Part shown: positions 27,127 to 36,142 of the stretch, piece after piece
Position numbering within the stretch: the stretch's first letter is position 1
Layout of the letters: each line of letters starts with the position of its first letter
NCBI GenBank assembly: GCA_963828415.1
Contig: CAWHEI010000015.1
Location: 180,285 to 244,284 of the forward strand
Direction of reading: 5' to 3'
Source: Ilumatobacteraceae bacterium
GTDB lineage: Bacteria; Actinomycetota; Acidimicrobiia; Acidimicrobiales; Ilumatobacteraceae
DNA: 64,000 nt
Position numbers and translations under genes: made by a program
Notes under the pieces: model-generated
The model's database searches: none
Told to the model about the DNA's origin: nothing
What the model saw: the letters and a program-made list of their open reading frames with translations, nothing else

Positions 27127-27149
27127 GGGTCGCTGACCGAGGCGTTGCA

Positions 27150-28028
27150 CTGAACGACACCGCCGACCTCCTCGACCGGTGCACCTTTCCGCCGCCGGGC
27201 ACCGCGGTGACGTGCGGCCTCTCCGGAGGCGCCGACTCCACCGCGTTGGTCGCGCTCGCCGTCGCCGCTGGGTGTGACGTCGCGGCGGTCCACGTCCACC
27301 ACGGCCTGCGAGCCTCCGCCGACGACGACGCCGAGATCGCCCGCCACAGCGCCACCAACCTCGGGGCCAGTTTCCGCATGACCCGCGTCGATGTCTCCGC
27401 CGGACCCAACCTCGAGGCACGGGCACGGAGCGCTCGCCGAGCGGCACTCGGGCCCGACGCCATGACCGGACACACCGCCGACGATCAGGCCGAGACCCTG
27501 CTGCTCGCCTTGCTGCGTGGCGCAGGAGCGACCGGCCTCGGTGCGATCGGGCCGGGAAGACGCCACCCGATCCTGGCGCTGCGGCGCGCCGAGACGCGCT
27601 CGTTGTGTGACCAACTCGGTCTCGTCGTCGCCGAGGACCCGAGCAACGACGACCGTCGCTTCCGCCGAAACCGGATCCGCCACGAGTTGTTGCCACTGCT
27701 CGACGACATCGCCGAACGTGACGTGACCGTGCTGCTCGCACGCACCGCCGACCTGCTGCGCTCCGACGACCAGTTCCTCGACGAACTCGCCGCAGGCATC
27801 GACCCGACCGACGCCGACGCGCTCAGCGCTGCGCCCAGGGTGCTCAGCGCTCGTGCGATTCGACAGTGGCTCGAACACGAGGGATACCCGCCCGATGCCG
27901 ACACGGTGCGACGGGTGCTCGCCGTCGCCGGCGGCGCTGCTGCCGCCTGCGAACTCGTCGGAGGACGACGCATCGAACGCCACAGCAACCGCCTCGTCCT
28001 TGCCACGACGCCAGCACCGAACCGGTAG
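27150..28028 (+). CDS. tilS: tRNA(Ile)-lysidine synthetase
   Basis: PP-loop SGGADSTAL, then TGHTADDQAETLLLALLRG and DPSNDDRRFRRNRIR. The start is uncertain: no ATG lies after 27126, and the candidates are CTG 27150 or GTG 27207. Confidence 0.8.
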   Translation: MNDTADLLDRCTFPPPGTAVTCGLSGGADSTALVALAVAAGCDVAAVHVHHGLRASADDDAEIARHSATNLGASFRMTRVDVSAGPNLEARARSARRAALGPDAMTGHTADDQAETLLLALLRGAGATGLGAIGPGRRHPILALRRAETRSLCDQLGLVVAEDPSNDDRRFRRNRIRHELLPLLDDIAERDVTVLLARTADLLRSDDQFLDELAAGIDPTDADALSAAPRVLSARAIRQWLEHEGYPPDADTVRRVLAVAGGAAAACELVGGRRIERHSNRLVLATTPAPNR

Positions 28029-28077
28029 CCTGGCCATCCGTCATGTCAAGTCGCGTCCGTCCAGAAGCTGCCAACTG

Positions 28078-28584
28078 ATGCCACCGCGTCTTCGTGGAAA
28101 GTGGGCACTCGGCATCACGCCACGGAACTTCACCTGGATCCTCAAGGACAAGCTGGCGATCTGTGAACGTCCTGGCGGTGTCGGCGACAGTCACCGCCGA
28201 GTCCGGCGTCAAGAAGAGATCATCTGGCTGCGCGAGAACGGCTTCGGCTGCGTGATCTCGATCATCGTGGCCCCTCACAACCTGCACAACTACGACGAAC
28301 TGCAGCTGCCGTATCGGCATCGCCCGTTCAACGCCGAGCACACCGATCAGTACCTGACGGCGCTCTACACCGAGATCCGCGAGCTCCTCAAGCACGGTAC
28401 GAAGGTGCTCGTCCACGGCGACGAGGTCGGCGACCGCATCATCGGGATCATGGGCGGCTACATCCGCTGGGCCGGACTCATCGAAGAGCCGACCAAGGCA
28501 ATCCAGGTCACCGAACGGCTCGCCGGGCGCCAGCTCGACCCGTTCGCACGTGAGATCATCCTGCGCGCCGACACGCTGCGCTGA
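28078..28584 (+). CDS. dual-specificity-phosphatase-like protein lacking the catalytic Cys
   Basis: 168 aa. Its fold-like pattern ends in VLVHGDEVGDRIIG, where HCX5R would be expected; Cys is replaced by Gly and the Arg is kept. Confidence 0.6.
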   Translation: MPPRLRGKWALGITPRNFTWILKDKLAICERPGGVGDSHRRVRRQEEIIWLRENGFGCVISIIVAPHNLHNYDELQLPYRHRPFNAEHTDQYLTALYTEIRELLKHGTKVLVHGDEVGDRIIGIMGGYIRWAGLIEEPTKAIQVTERLAGRQLDPFAREIILRADTLR

Positions 28585-28593
28585 ACGGGCGGG

Positions 28594-29235
28594 TCAGGCT
28601 CGGATCGGCGGCGACACGCCGCAGGCCTTGCGGTCGACGACGAGCAGCGGCAATGGATCGATGGCGACGTTGTTCGGCCTGACCTCGAAGTGCAGGTGGA
28701 AGTTGTTCTCGCCCGCCGTGCCGCTGTTGCCGACGTACCCGATCGTCTGCCCGGCGCTCACCGAACTGCCCTCGACCAGGCCGACAGCGTCCTCGGCGAG
28801 GTGGAAGTACTTGTAGGTCGTCTTCGTCGAGGCGTCGTACAGCGTCCAGCCCCACCCCGCGGTGCCCGTGTTCGTGTAGCGCTGCGTGAGCACGCCGGCG
28901 ACCACGGCGAACACGGGAAGCCCGGCCGACCCCATGATGTCGACGCCCTCGTGGAGGCGCGTGGAGCCGCGTGCGTCACCGAAGTTGTCGAGCACGTAGC
29001 AGTCGGATCCGGGTGACACCGGAAACAGCAGCTTGCCGGCAGGAACCGGCGACGGACGCAGCGCCAGTCGTTCCGCCGTCTTCAGCGCCGTGCCGGGCTC
29101 GTCGAGTCGGGCGATCGATCCTTCGGCACGAGCGCGCGGTGTCGCCGTTGCTGCCAGCCCGCACGCACAGGCTGCGCCGAGCATCGTGCCCAGGAACCGG
29201 CGGCGACTCGAACGAGGTTCGCGCTCGCGTGCCAT
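28594..29235 (-). CDS. M23-family metallopeptidase, Tat-exported
   Basis: 213 aa from ATG 29235. It has the twin-arginine signal SRRRFLGTMLGAACA and the M23 motifs HEGVDI and GNSGTAGENNFHLHFEV. Confidence 0.85.
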   Translation of the reverse strand: MAREREPRSSRRRFLGTMLGAACACGLAATATPRARAEGSIARLDEPGTALKTAERLALRPSPVPAGKLLFPVSPGSDCYVLDNFGDARGSTRLHEGVDIMGSAGLPVFAVVAGVLTQRYTNTGTAGWGWTLYDASTKTTYKYFHLAEDAVGLVEGSSVSAGQTIGYVGNSGTAGENNFHLHFEVRPNNVAIDPLPLLVVDRKACGVSPPIRA

Positions 29236-29312
29236 GTGTGTGTCATCGGCGCCGGAGTGCGTCGACTTGACCCCGTCAGCTCCCACGGCCACACCTTCCG
29301 CTCGTCCCCAAC

Positions 29313-29411
29313 GATGAGCGAAACGACCGGATACGGCGGTTTCGCTCATCGCGAACCTCCGCGCGTGCCCAACGATGAGCGAAACGACCGGATACGGCGG
29401 TTTCGCTCATC
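29313..29411. repeat. Family B hairpin pair (2 units, 61 bp apart)
   Basis: GATGAGCGAAACGACCGGATACGGCGGTTTCGCTCATC occurs at 29313 and 29374, separated by a locus-specific 23-nt spacer. Confidence 0.9.
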
Positions 29412-29474
29412 GCAATCCGGGACGGAGTCGGGGCGGGCGAACCGATCGGCTGGGGGTGTGTGGGACTAGCGTTC

Positions 29475-30453
29475 ATGGTGATGGGTGGAAAAAGGGTCTT
29501 CGTGAGTGGCGTGGGCGGGGAACTCGGCACCACGATCGCCGGCTTGCTCGAGAGCGAGACCTGGGTCGGGGAGCTGTCGGGTATCGACGCCGATCCGCCT
29601 CGGCACCGCCTACATCGTACGGTCTTTCACCGAATTCATCCCGACGAGCACGATCGAATCGTCGACACCGTCGCCCGGTTCAATCCACACGTACTCGTCC
29701 ACGTTGGGGTCTGGGAGCCCGACGCACGCGCCGCTCCGAGCGCCGCGGCGACGCTGACGGACCAGGCAGCCACGTCGATCCTGGGTGCTGCTGCCGAGTG
29801 CTCGGCGCTCGAACACGTCGTCGTGCGCAGTGGTATCGAGATCTACGGACGGGGACGAGGCGCGCTCGACACGCCCCAGCGAGTCGGCGCCGATCGCACC
29901 CACGAGCGACTGGGGTCGCACCGTCGCAGCAATCGAGCACACCGCCGCCAAAGTGGGCCAGCGCGTCGGCGTCACCGTCGGAGCCGTTCGTCTCGCGCCC
30001 GTGCTCGGCCCCCACGTGCCGTCACCGCTCGGGCGGCTGCTGCGTCAACCGGGCGTGCCGTTCAGCGTGCTCGCCGACCCTCCGTTCGCCGTGATCGAAG
30101 ACCGCGACGCCGCCAGGGCGATCGTGGCCGCCGCCCGGGTCGGACTCGCAGAACCCGTCAACGTCGTGGCCGCCGGTGCGATCACGGCACTCCAGGCCGC
30201 TCGACGCGGCGGACGGATCCCGATTCCACTGGTCGGTCCCGACTGGCGCGTCGCCCGCGCGCTCAGCTTCCTGCTCGGCGCGCCGATTCCCGACCATGTT
30301 TCCGAGGCACTGCATCGCGGACGCCTCGCCGACAACGGCCGCATGCGCGAACTTCTCGGGGTGATGCCCGAACACGGCACCGTCGACGTGATCGACCGGC
30401 TGTACCACTGGCCGAGCATCATCCATCAACCCGCACGAGTACAGGTGGCCTGA
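29475..30453 (+). CDS. NAD-dependent epimerase/dehydratase (SDR), apparent frameshift near 29850-29880
   Basis: The N-terminal part is in frame 3 (KRVFVSGVGGELGTTIAGLL ... VVVRSGIEIYG). The C-terminal part is in frame 1 (SESAPIAPTSDWGRTVAAIEH ... RLAPVLGPHVPSPLG ... to stop 30453). The junction lies at the GGGG 29851-54 or CCCC 29874-77 run. Confidence 0.7.
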
Positions 30454-31211
30454 TGACCTCGACCCTCGGACGCGTCGTGAACTTCCCGGTGCGTGGCACC
30501 GCCTCGCGAGCAGGAGCAGTCGTCTCACGCGCCGCCGCCGACGTCGGCTCGTCGGTCACCCGGTTCACCGATGAGCAGACCGGTCTGGTCGACGACTGGG
30601 GCCGCGATCCGGGTCTCGTGCGCACGATGATCACCGCATCACGGCTGCGGTGGGACGTCACCGTGGGCGGCGACCAGCGCCTGCCGCGGCGCAAGGGAGC
30701 GCTGATCGTCGTCAACGCCCGCACCTTTGCGCTGGCTCCCATCTACGCCGCGTTGGCGCTCAGCGAGGTCGTCGACCGACCGGTTCGCTTCGTCGGTCGA
30801 CCCGACACGGCACCGGTGGGCGCCTTCGTGCGTCGAATCGGTGGGTTGCTCGACCACCCCGACGAAGTGGCCGGCGCACTTGCCGCCGGGCAACTCGTGA
30901 TCATGGGCGCAGCACACAACGAACGGCTCCGTAAGGTCGGCCGTGTCGATCACGCCCTCGTCGGCGGCGCGCTCGCGGCCGGCGTCCAGGTGTTCCCGGC
31001 GGCCACATCGTCGAGCCCGATCGGTCGGGCCGCCCGCCTCGAGATCGGCCCGGCGTCAAAGGCACCGCGCCGCCGACGCGGCCCGCTGAGCGAGCTCGAA
31101 CTCGCCGATCAGTTGGCCCGCGACATCGAACTGCTGCTGTCGGAGCTGGGCAACATCCGCACCGGGACGCCGATCGACTGGCTCCCGATCGGTGGGGCGG
31201 GAGGCGCCTGA
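30453..31211 (+). CDS. lysophospholipid/glycerol-3-phosphate acyltransferase-like protein (degenerate HX4D)
   Basis: 252 aa. ATG 30453 overlaps the upstream TGA. It has a PlsC-like layout (GALIVVNARTFALAP, VRFVGRPD, LVIMGAAHN) but no clear HxxxxD. Confidence 0.6.
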   Translation: MTSTLGRVVNFPVRGTASRAGAVVSRAAADVGSSVTRFTDEQTGLVDDWGRDPGLVRTMITASRLRWDVTVGGDQRLPRRKGALIVVNARTFALAPIYAALALSEVVDRPVRFVGRPDTAPVGAFVRRIGGLLDHPDEVAGALAAGQLVIMGAAHNERLRKVGRVDHALVGGALAAGVQVFPAATSSSPIGRAARLEIGPASKAPRRRRGPLSELELADQLARDIELLLSELGNIRTGTPIDWLPIGGAGGA

Positions 31212-32080
31212 TGACCTACGTCCGAAGTACTGACGGCACACGAATCCACTACCGGATCACCGGGCGGCCAAACGGCGCCCCGATCCTGTTCATCCAGGGC
31301 CTCGGTGCCGACAAGCACGGCTGGGACCTGCAGCGGCTCGCGACCGCCCCCTGGTACCGCGGTATCGCCCTCGACAACCGAGGCGCCGGCCGCAGCGACA
31401 AGCCACACGGGGCGTACTCGCTCGAACAGATGGCCGACGACGCGATCGCTGTGCTCGATCACGCCGGCGAAGCGACCGCCCACGTCGTTGGCGCGTCGAT
31501 GGGTGGCGCCATCAGCCAGATCATCGCGGTCAAGTATCCCGAGCGGACCCGGTCGGTCACGCTCGCGTGCACCGCCGGCAGAAACCACCCCTGGCGCGAG
31601 GAACTGCTCGCCAGCTGGCGCGACGCAGCGCTCGAACGGGGCATCGGGTCGATGGGCTCCGACGCGGCGCGCTGGATGATCGGGCCACGCTCGTTCCGTC
31701 GGCTCCTGCCGGCCATCGGTTGGCTCGGACCGCTTGCGCTCGGCGGACCGTCCCACGCATTCGCCGCCCAGTGCGATGCGATCCTGGCCGCCGGCGACTC
31801 CCACCAGGAACTGATCGAGCTGCTGCCCACGATCGCCGTCCCGACGCTGGTCATGGTCGGCAACCAGGACATCCTCACGCCGAGAGGCGACAGCGAGGAC
31901 CTCGCCGCGACGATCCCCACGGCCGAACTCGTCGTGATCAGCGGGGCTGCACACGGGTTCATGGTCGAACACGCCACCACGTTCAACCGGGTGCTGCTGG
32001 AGTTCCTCGGTCGCGCCGAGCGCGCCTACCAGGCCCGTCGGGCCGAACACGACGAGCTCGACGCTGCACTCGCCGGCTGA
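31211..32080 (+). CDS. alpha/beta-fold hydrolase
   Basis: 289 aa with ILFIQGLGADKHGW, the nucleophile elbow VVGASMGGAISQ and a C-terminal GAAHGFMVEH. ATGA-type overlap with the upstream gene. Confidence 0.85.
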   Translation: MTYVRSTDGTRIHYRITGRPNGAPILFIQGLGADKHGWDLQRLATAPWYRGIALDNRGAGRSDKPHGAYSLEQMADDAIAVLDHAGEATAHVVGASMGGAISQIIAVKYPERTRSVTLACTAGRNHPWREELLASWRDAALERGIGSMGSDAARWMIGPRSFRRLLPAIGWLGPLALGGPSHAFAAQCDAILAAGDSHQELIELLPTIAVPTLVMVGNQDILTPRGDSEDLAATIPTAELVVISGAAHGFMVEHATTFNRVLLEFLGRAERAYQARRAEHDELDAALAG

Positions 32081-32098
32081 GGCCGCTAGACCCTGCGC

Positions 32099-33046
32099 AT
32101 GCGAGTCGTCGTGGTCGGTGCGGGGATCAGTGGGCTCGTGGCGGGGCGACGTCTCGTCGATGCCGGCGCCGAAGTGGTGCTCGTCGACAAGGGACGTTCA
32201 CCGGGCGGTCGCCTGGCAACCCGCCGAATCGGCACGGCCACCGTCGACCACGGCGCCCAGTTCTTCACGGTGCGCACACCGGCGTTCCAACGACAGGTCG
32301 ACGACTGGGTCGAGCGTGGGCTCGTGGCGATCTGGTCACACGGCTTCACGTCCGACGACGGGCATCCCCGTTACGCGGCCACCTCGGGCATGAACTCGTT
32401 GGCGAAGGAACTCGCTGTCGGCCTCGATGTGCGCTGTTCGACCATGGCGTTCGGCATCCGTCCCGCCCCCGAGGATTCGGGCGCGCCGTGGCAGGTCGCG
32501 ATCGATGACGGCACCGTGCACCACGCCGACGCCGTCATCGTCACCACGCCGCTCCCCCAGGCGTTCGCGCTGCTCGCCGACTCGGGGATCAACCTCGACG
32601 AATCGCTGATGCGAACCGACTACGAGCGCACGATCGCGCTGTTGGCCACGCTCGACCGTGCTCCAGCGATCGCAGCGCCGGGCGGTGTGCAGGTCCCGAC
32701 ACCGGAGCTGAGCTTCATCGCCGACAACATGGCCAAAGGAGTGAGCGCCACACCGGCGATCACGGTGCACGCATCGGCGACGTGGAGCGAGGAGCGCTGG
32801 GACGAGGACGTCGACGCGCTCCGCGACGCCCTGATCGGTCTCGTCGCACCCTGGCTCGGCGAGGCAGCGGTCACCGAGGCGCACGTGAAGAAGTGGAGGT
32901 TCGCGACGCCACGAACGCCATGGCCCGAGCCGTGCTGGGTCGCACACGGTGGCACCATCGTGCTCGCCGGTGATGCCTTCGACGGGCCACGCGTCGAAGC
33001 CGCACACAACTCCGGCCTGGCCGCTGCGCACGCCCTCGTCGGCTGA
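32099..33046 (+). CDS. NAD(P)/FAD-dependent oxidoreductase (COG3380/renalase-like)
   Basis: 315 aa with MRVVVVGAGISGLVAGRRL, VLVDKGRSPGGRLATRR and a C-terminal LAGDAFDGPRVEAAHNSG. Confidence 0.85.
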   Translation: MRVVVVGAGISGLVAGRRLVDAGAEVVLVDKGRSPGGRLATRRIGTATVDHGAQFFTVRTPAFQRQVDDWVERGLVAIWSHGFTSDDGHPRYAATSGMNSLAKELAVGLDVRCSTMAFGIRPAPEDSGAPWQVAIDDGTVHHADAVIVTTPLPQAFALLADSGINLDESLMRTDYERTIALLATLDRAPAIAAPGGVQVPTPELSFIADNMAKGVSATPAITVHASATWSEERWDEDVDALRDALIGLVAPWLGEAAVTEAHVKKWRFATPRTPWPEPCWVAHGGTIVLAGDAFDGPRVEAAHNSGLAAAHALVG

Positions 33047-33068
33047 GCAGGTTCAGCCGACGACGACG

Positions 33069-33674
33069 TCAGCCCGCGTCGGCCTCGCCGCAACGCACGG
33101 CGGTCACCTGACGCGACTCGAGGTCGACGATCGTCACGCTGTCGGGTCCGAAGCGGCGAAGGAAGTCGCTGAACGTGGGAATGTCCTCACCCTCACACTC
33201 GCGCTCGATCACCGGCGCATACGGAATGCGCCAGCCGCTGTCGAACTCAGCGAGGCCGTCGTTGAGATCGACGATCGGTGGCAGCTCGACGGTCGCCCGG
33301 GGCGCCTGCGGCAGGATGGCGAACCAGACGACGGCGTCGCCGAGCATGTCGGCGAAGACGGCACACCGGTTCGGAATCTCGAGTTCGTCGCAGTCGATCT
33401 CGCCGAGCGTGCCGGGAACGATGCGCACGACTCGTTCGGCATCGACCGCCAGGTCGAGGAATCCAGTGGTGACACCGGACGGCGTCACCGAGAACGCGTC
33501 CGTCTGTGTCGCCGACACGATCGGTTCGATCAGATCGATCTTGCGCTCGATGACCTCGGGTTCGATCACGGCCTCGATCGAGGCGTCGTCGGTGAGGATC
33601 GCTCGGGCGAGCAGGGCCAGCGCAGCGAGCGCGCCGAGCGCCGCCACGAAGCGCCAGTTGAAGATCTGCCTCAC
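33069..33674 (-). CDS. hypothetical membrane-anchored/exported protein
   Basis: 201 aa. GTG 33674 forms GTGA with the hemL stop. It has an N-terminal anchor WRFVAALGALAALALLARA and four Cys. No family recognised. Confidence 0.65.
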   Translation of the reverse strand: MRQIFNWRFVAALGALAALALLARAILTDDASIEAVIEPEVIERKIDLIEPIVSATQTDAFSVTPSGVTTGFLDLAVDAERVVRIVPGTLGEIDCDELEIPNRCAVFADMLGDAVVWFAILPQAPRATVELPPIVDLNDGLAEFDSGWRIPYAPVIERECEGEDIPTFSDFLRRFGPDSVTIVDLESRQVTAVRCGEADAG

Positions 33675-35062
33675 GTGTCCCCGGTTGCCGGGTCCGTGGC
33701 GAGGTCGGCGCGAGCCGCGGCGGCGGCGCGGTGGGCGGCCTCACCGATGGCCGCCAGCACCTGATCGGTGTGGCCGAGCCCGACGAACAGGGCTTCGTAC
33801 GCACCCGGCGCCAGCGCCACACCTTCAGCGAGCATCGCCCGGAAGAACGCGGCGTAGGCACGCTCATCGGTCCGCTTGGCATCGTCGAAGTTCTCGACGG
33901 TGCCCGCCTCGGACCCGCACACGATCCCGAGCAGCGTGCCGACCACCGGGAAACTGGCATCGAATCCGGCCGCCTCGCAGGCGTCGCGCAGCAGCGCCGA
34001 GAGGTGGCGGGCTCGCGCCATCAGCTCGATGTAGACATCCGAGGTCAACGTGTCGAGGGCGGCCAGTCCAGCGGCCGTGGCGATCGGGTTGCCCGACAGC
34101 GTGCCGGCGTGGAACACCGGACCGATCGGTGACAGATGTTCCATCACGGCCACCGAGCCGCCGATCGCCCCGATCGGCAGACCGCCCCCGATCACCTTGC
34201 CGAAGCAGGTGATGTCGGGACGGACATCGAACCGCGCCTGCGCGCCACCCGCGCCCAGACGGAATCCGGTGATGACCTCGTCGAAGATCAGCAGCGCGCC
34301 GACACGGTCGCACTCGGCACGCAGCCCGTCGAGGAATCCCGGCGCCGGTGCGACGACCCCCATGTTGGCGGCGACCGGTTCGACGATGACCGCGGCCACG
34401 CGGTCGTCGAGTTCCGGGACCACGTTGTACGGCGCCACGATCGTGTTGGCGACCGCGGCGTCGGGAACCCCGGCGGTTCCCGGCAGCCCAAGTGTGGCCA
34501 CCCCACTGCCGCCGGTGACCAGCAATGCGTCGGTCGCTCCGTGGAAGTTCCCGGCGAACGTGACGATCCGGTCGCGTCCCGTGACGCCGCGGGCGAGTCG
34601 AATCGCCGTGCTCGTGGCCTCGGTGCCGGAGTTCATCAAGCGCACGCGCTCGCAGCTCGGCACCCGATCGGCGATGGCCTCGGCGAGCTTCATCTCGCGT
34701 GGTGTCGGCGCTCCGTACGAGGTGCCGTCGACCACGGCCGCCGACACCGCTGCGGTGATCGCCGGGTGAGCGTGGCCCAAGATGACAGCGCCATAGCTCT
34801 GGACGAGGTCGTAGTACGTGGTGCCTTCGACGTCGGTGATCGTTGCGCCCGAAGCCCGCGCGACCACGTAGGGCTCGCCACCGACGGCCTTGAACGCCCG
34901 GATCGACGAGTTCACACCACCGGGGATCGCCCGACGGGAACGTTCGAACAGCACCGCATTCGACGGGACGCCGGCACCGGTGCACACCGTGGGCGTGCAC
35001 CCAGCGAGCTCGCAGCCCGCCGGATCACACGGAGCGATGCCACTCGCCGTTGCGCTGGTCAC
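33671..35062 (-). CDS. hemL: glutamate-1-semialdehyde 2,1-aminomutase
   Basis: Motifs are LFERSRRAIPGGVNSSIRAF, ILGHAHP, EPVAANMGVV and FDEVITGFR. GTG 35062 forms GTGA with the hemB stop. An alternative ATG lies at 35101. Confidence 0.92.
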   Translation of the reverse strand: MTSATASGIAPCDPAGCELAGCTPTVCTGAGVPSNAVLFERSRRAIPGGVNSSIRAFKAVGGEPYVVARASGATITDVEGTTYYDLVQSYGAVILGHAHPAITAAVSAAVVDGTSYGAPTPREMKLAEAIADRVPSCERVRLMNSGTEATSTAIRLARGVTGRDRIVTFAGNFHGATDALLVTGGSGVATLGLPGTAGVPDAAVANTIVAPYNVVPELDDRVAAVIVEPVAANMGVVAPAPGFLDGLRAECDRVGALLIFDEVITGFRLGAGGAQARFDVRPDITCFGKVIGGGLPIGAIGGSVAVMEHLSPIGPVFHAGTLSGNPIATAAGLAALDTLTSDVYIELMARARHLSALLRDACEAAGFDASFPVVGTLLGIVCGSEAGTVENFDDAKRTDERAYAAFFRAMLAEGVALAPGAYEALFVGLGHTDQVLAAIGEAAHRAAAAARADLATDPATGDT

Positions 35063-36057
35063 GGTGCAATCCCTCCGTTCGCCACGGACTCTGCGAACCA
35101 TCGGGCAAAGTAGGTGAGCACGATGTCGGCCCCCGCCCGCTTGATCGCGGTGAGGTGTTCGAGGGCGACGGCGTCACCATCGATCCACCCACGTTCTGCC
35201 GCGGCGTGGATCATCGAATACTCGCCACTGACGTGATACGCCGCCAGCGGGACGTCGACACGTGCCGACGCTTCGGCGATCACGTCGAGATACGCGAGCG
35301 CCGGCTTGACCATCACGATGTCGGCACCTTCGGCGACATCGAGTTCGATCTCGAGTTGCGCCTCGCGGGCATTGCGCCAATCCTGCTGGTATCCCTTGCG
35401 GTCGCCCCCACCGACGATCGACACGTCGACGGCGTCACGGAACGGGCCATACAGAGCGCTGGCGAACTTCGCGGCGTACGCCATCACGGCGACGTCGGTG
35501 AACCCGGCGCCGTCGAGCGCGTCGCGGATCACGGCAACCTGACCGTCCATCATGCCGCTCGGAGCAACGACCTGTGCTCCGGCCGCGGCCTGCGCCAACG
35601 CTGCCTTCGCATAGATCGCCAGGGTGGCGTCGTTGTCGACCGCGCCGTTCGAGTCGACAATGCCGCAGTGGCCGTGATCGGTGTACTCGTCGACGCACAG
35701 GTCGGCCATCACGACGATGTCGTCGCCCAGGTCGTCGCGCAGGTCTCGTAGCGCCACCTGCACGATGCCGTCAGGGTCGTAGGCGCCGCTGCCGGTGGCA
35801 TCCTTCGACGCCGGTACGCCGAACAGGATCACCGCACGCACGCCGAGTTCGGCCAGCGCGGCGACCTCGGCTCGCAGCGATGCTCGAGTGTGTTGGACCA
35901 CGCCCGGCAACGACGCAATCGGCTGCGGCTCGTCGATGCCCTCACGCACGAACAGTGGAGCCACGAGGTCGCTGACGCGGAGATGGTGCTCGGCGACGAG
36001 TTCGCGCATCGCAGGACTCCGTCGAAGTCGGCGTGGACGGACCGATGGGGTCAGCAT
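35059..36057 (-). CDS. hemB: porphobilinogen synthase (delta-aminolevulinate dehydratase)
   Basis: 332 aa from ATG 36057. Motifs are RPRRLRR, DLCVDEYTDHGHCG, PSGMMDGQV, MAYAAKFASALYGPFRDA, VKPA and YHVSGEY. Confidence 0.92.
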   Translation of the reverse strand: MLTPSVRPRRLRRSPAMRELVAEHHLRVSDLVAPLFVREGIDEPQPIASLPGVVQHTRASLRAEVAALAELGVRAVILFGVPASKDATGSGAYDPDGIVQVALRDLRDDLGDDIVVMADLCVDEYTDHGHCGIVDSNGAVDNDATLAIYAKAALAQAAAGAQVVAPSGMMDGQVAVIRDALDGAGFTDVAVMAYAAKFASALYGPFRDAVDVSIVGGGDRKGYQQDWRNAREAQLEIELDVAEGADIVMVKPALAYLDVIAEASARVDVPLAAYHVSGEYSMIHAAAERGWIDGDAVALEHLTAIKRAGADIVLTYFARWFAESVANGGIAP

Positions 36058-36142
36058 CTCGGGGCTGGGCACGCCGCCGAGCCTAACGGTGGCGTCCTGC
36101 AGCGCCGAGTTCGCCGACCGACCACGCGGTAGCGTGCTCGGC

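Noticed and set aside
29313-29350. Hammerhead-ribozyme-like string GAUGAG-CGAAAC inside Family B repeats.
   Set aside because: GAUGAG and CGAAAC are contiguous with no stem II between them. The CUGAUGA box lacks its U. The whole segment is simply the left arm of a perfect 17-bp hairpin pairing with GTTTCGCTCATC. The resemblance is coincidental.
29460-31211. A single 583-aa protein spanning the epimerase and acyltransferase-like genes.
   Set aside because: The middle 200 aa are Arg-rich junk. The real epimerase C-terminus is in frame 1 (stop 30453), and the acyltransferase-like gene starts at ATG 30453. The long ORF exists only because frame 3 lacks stops.
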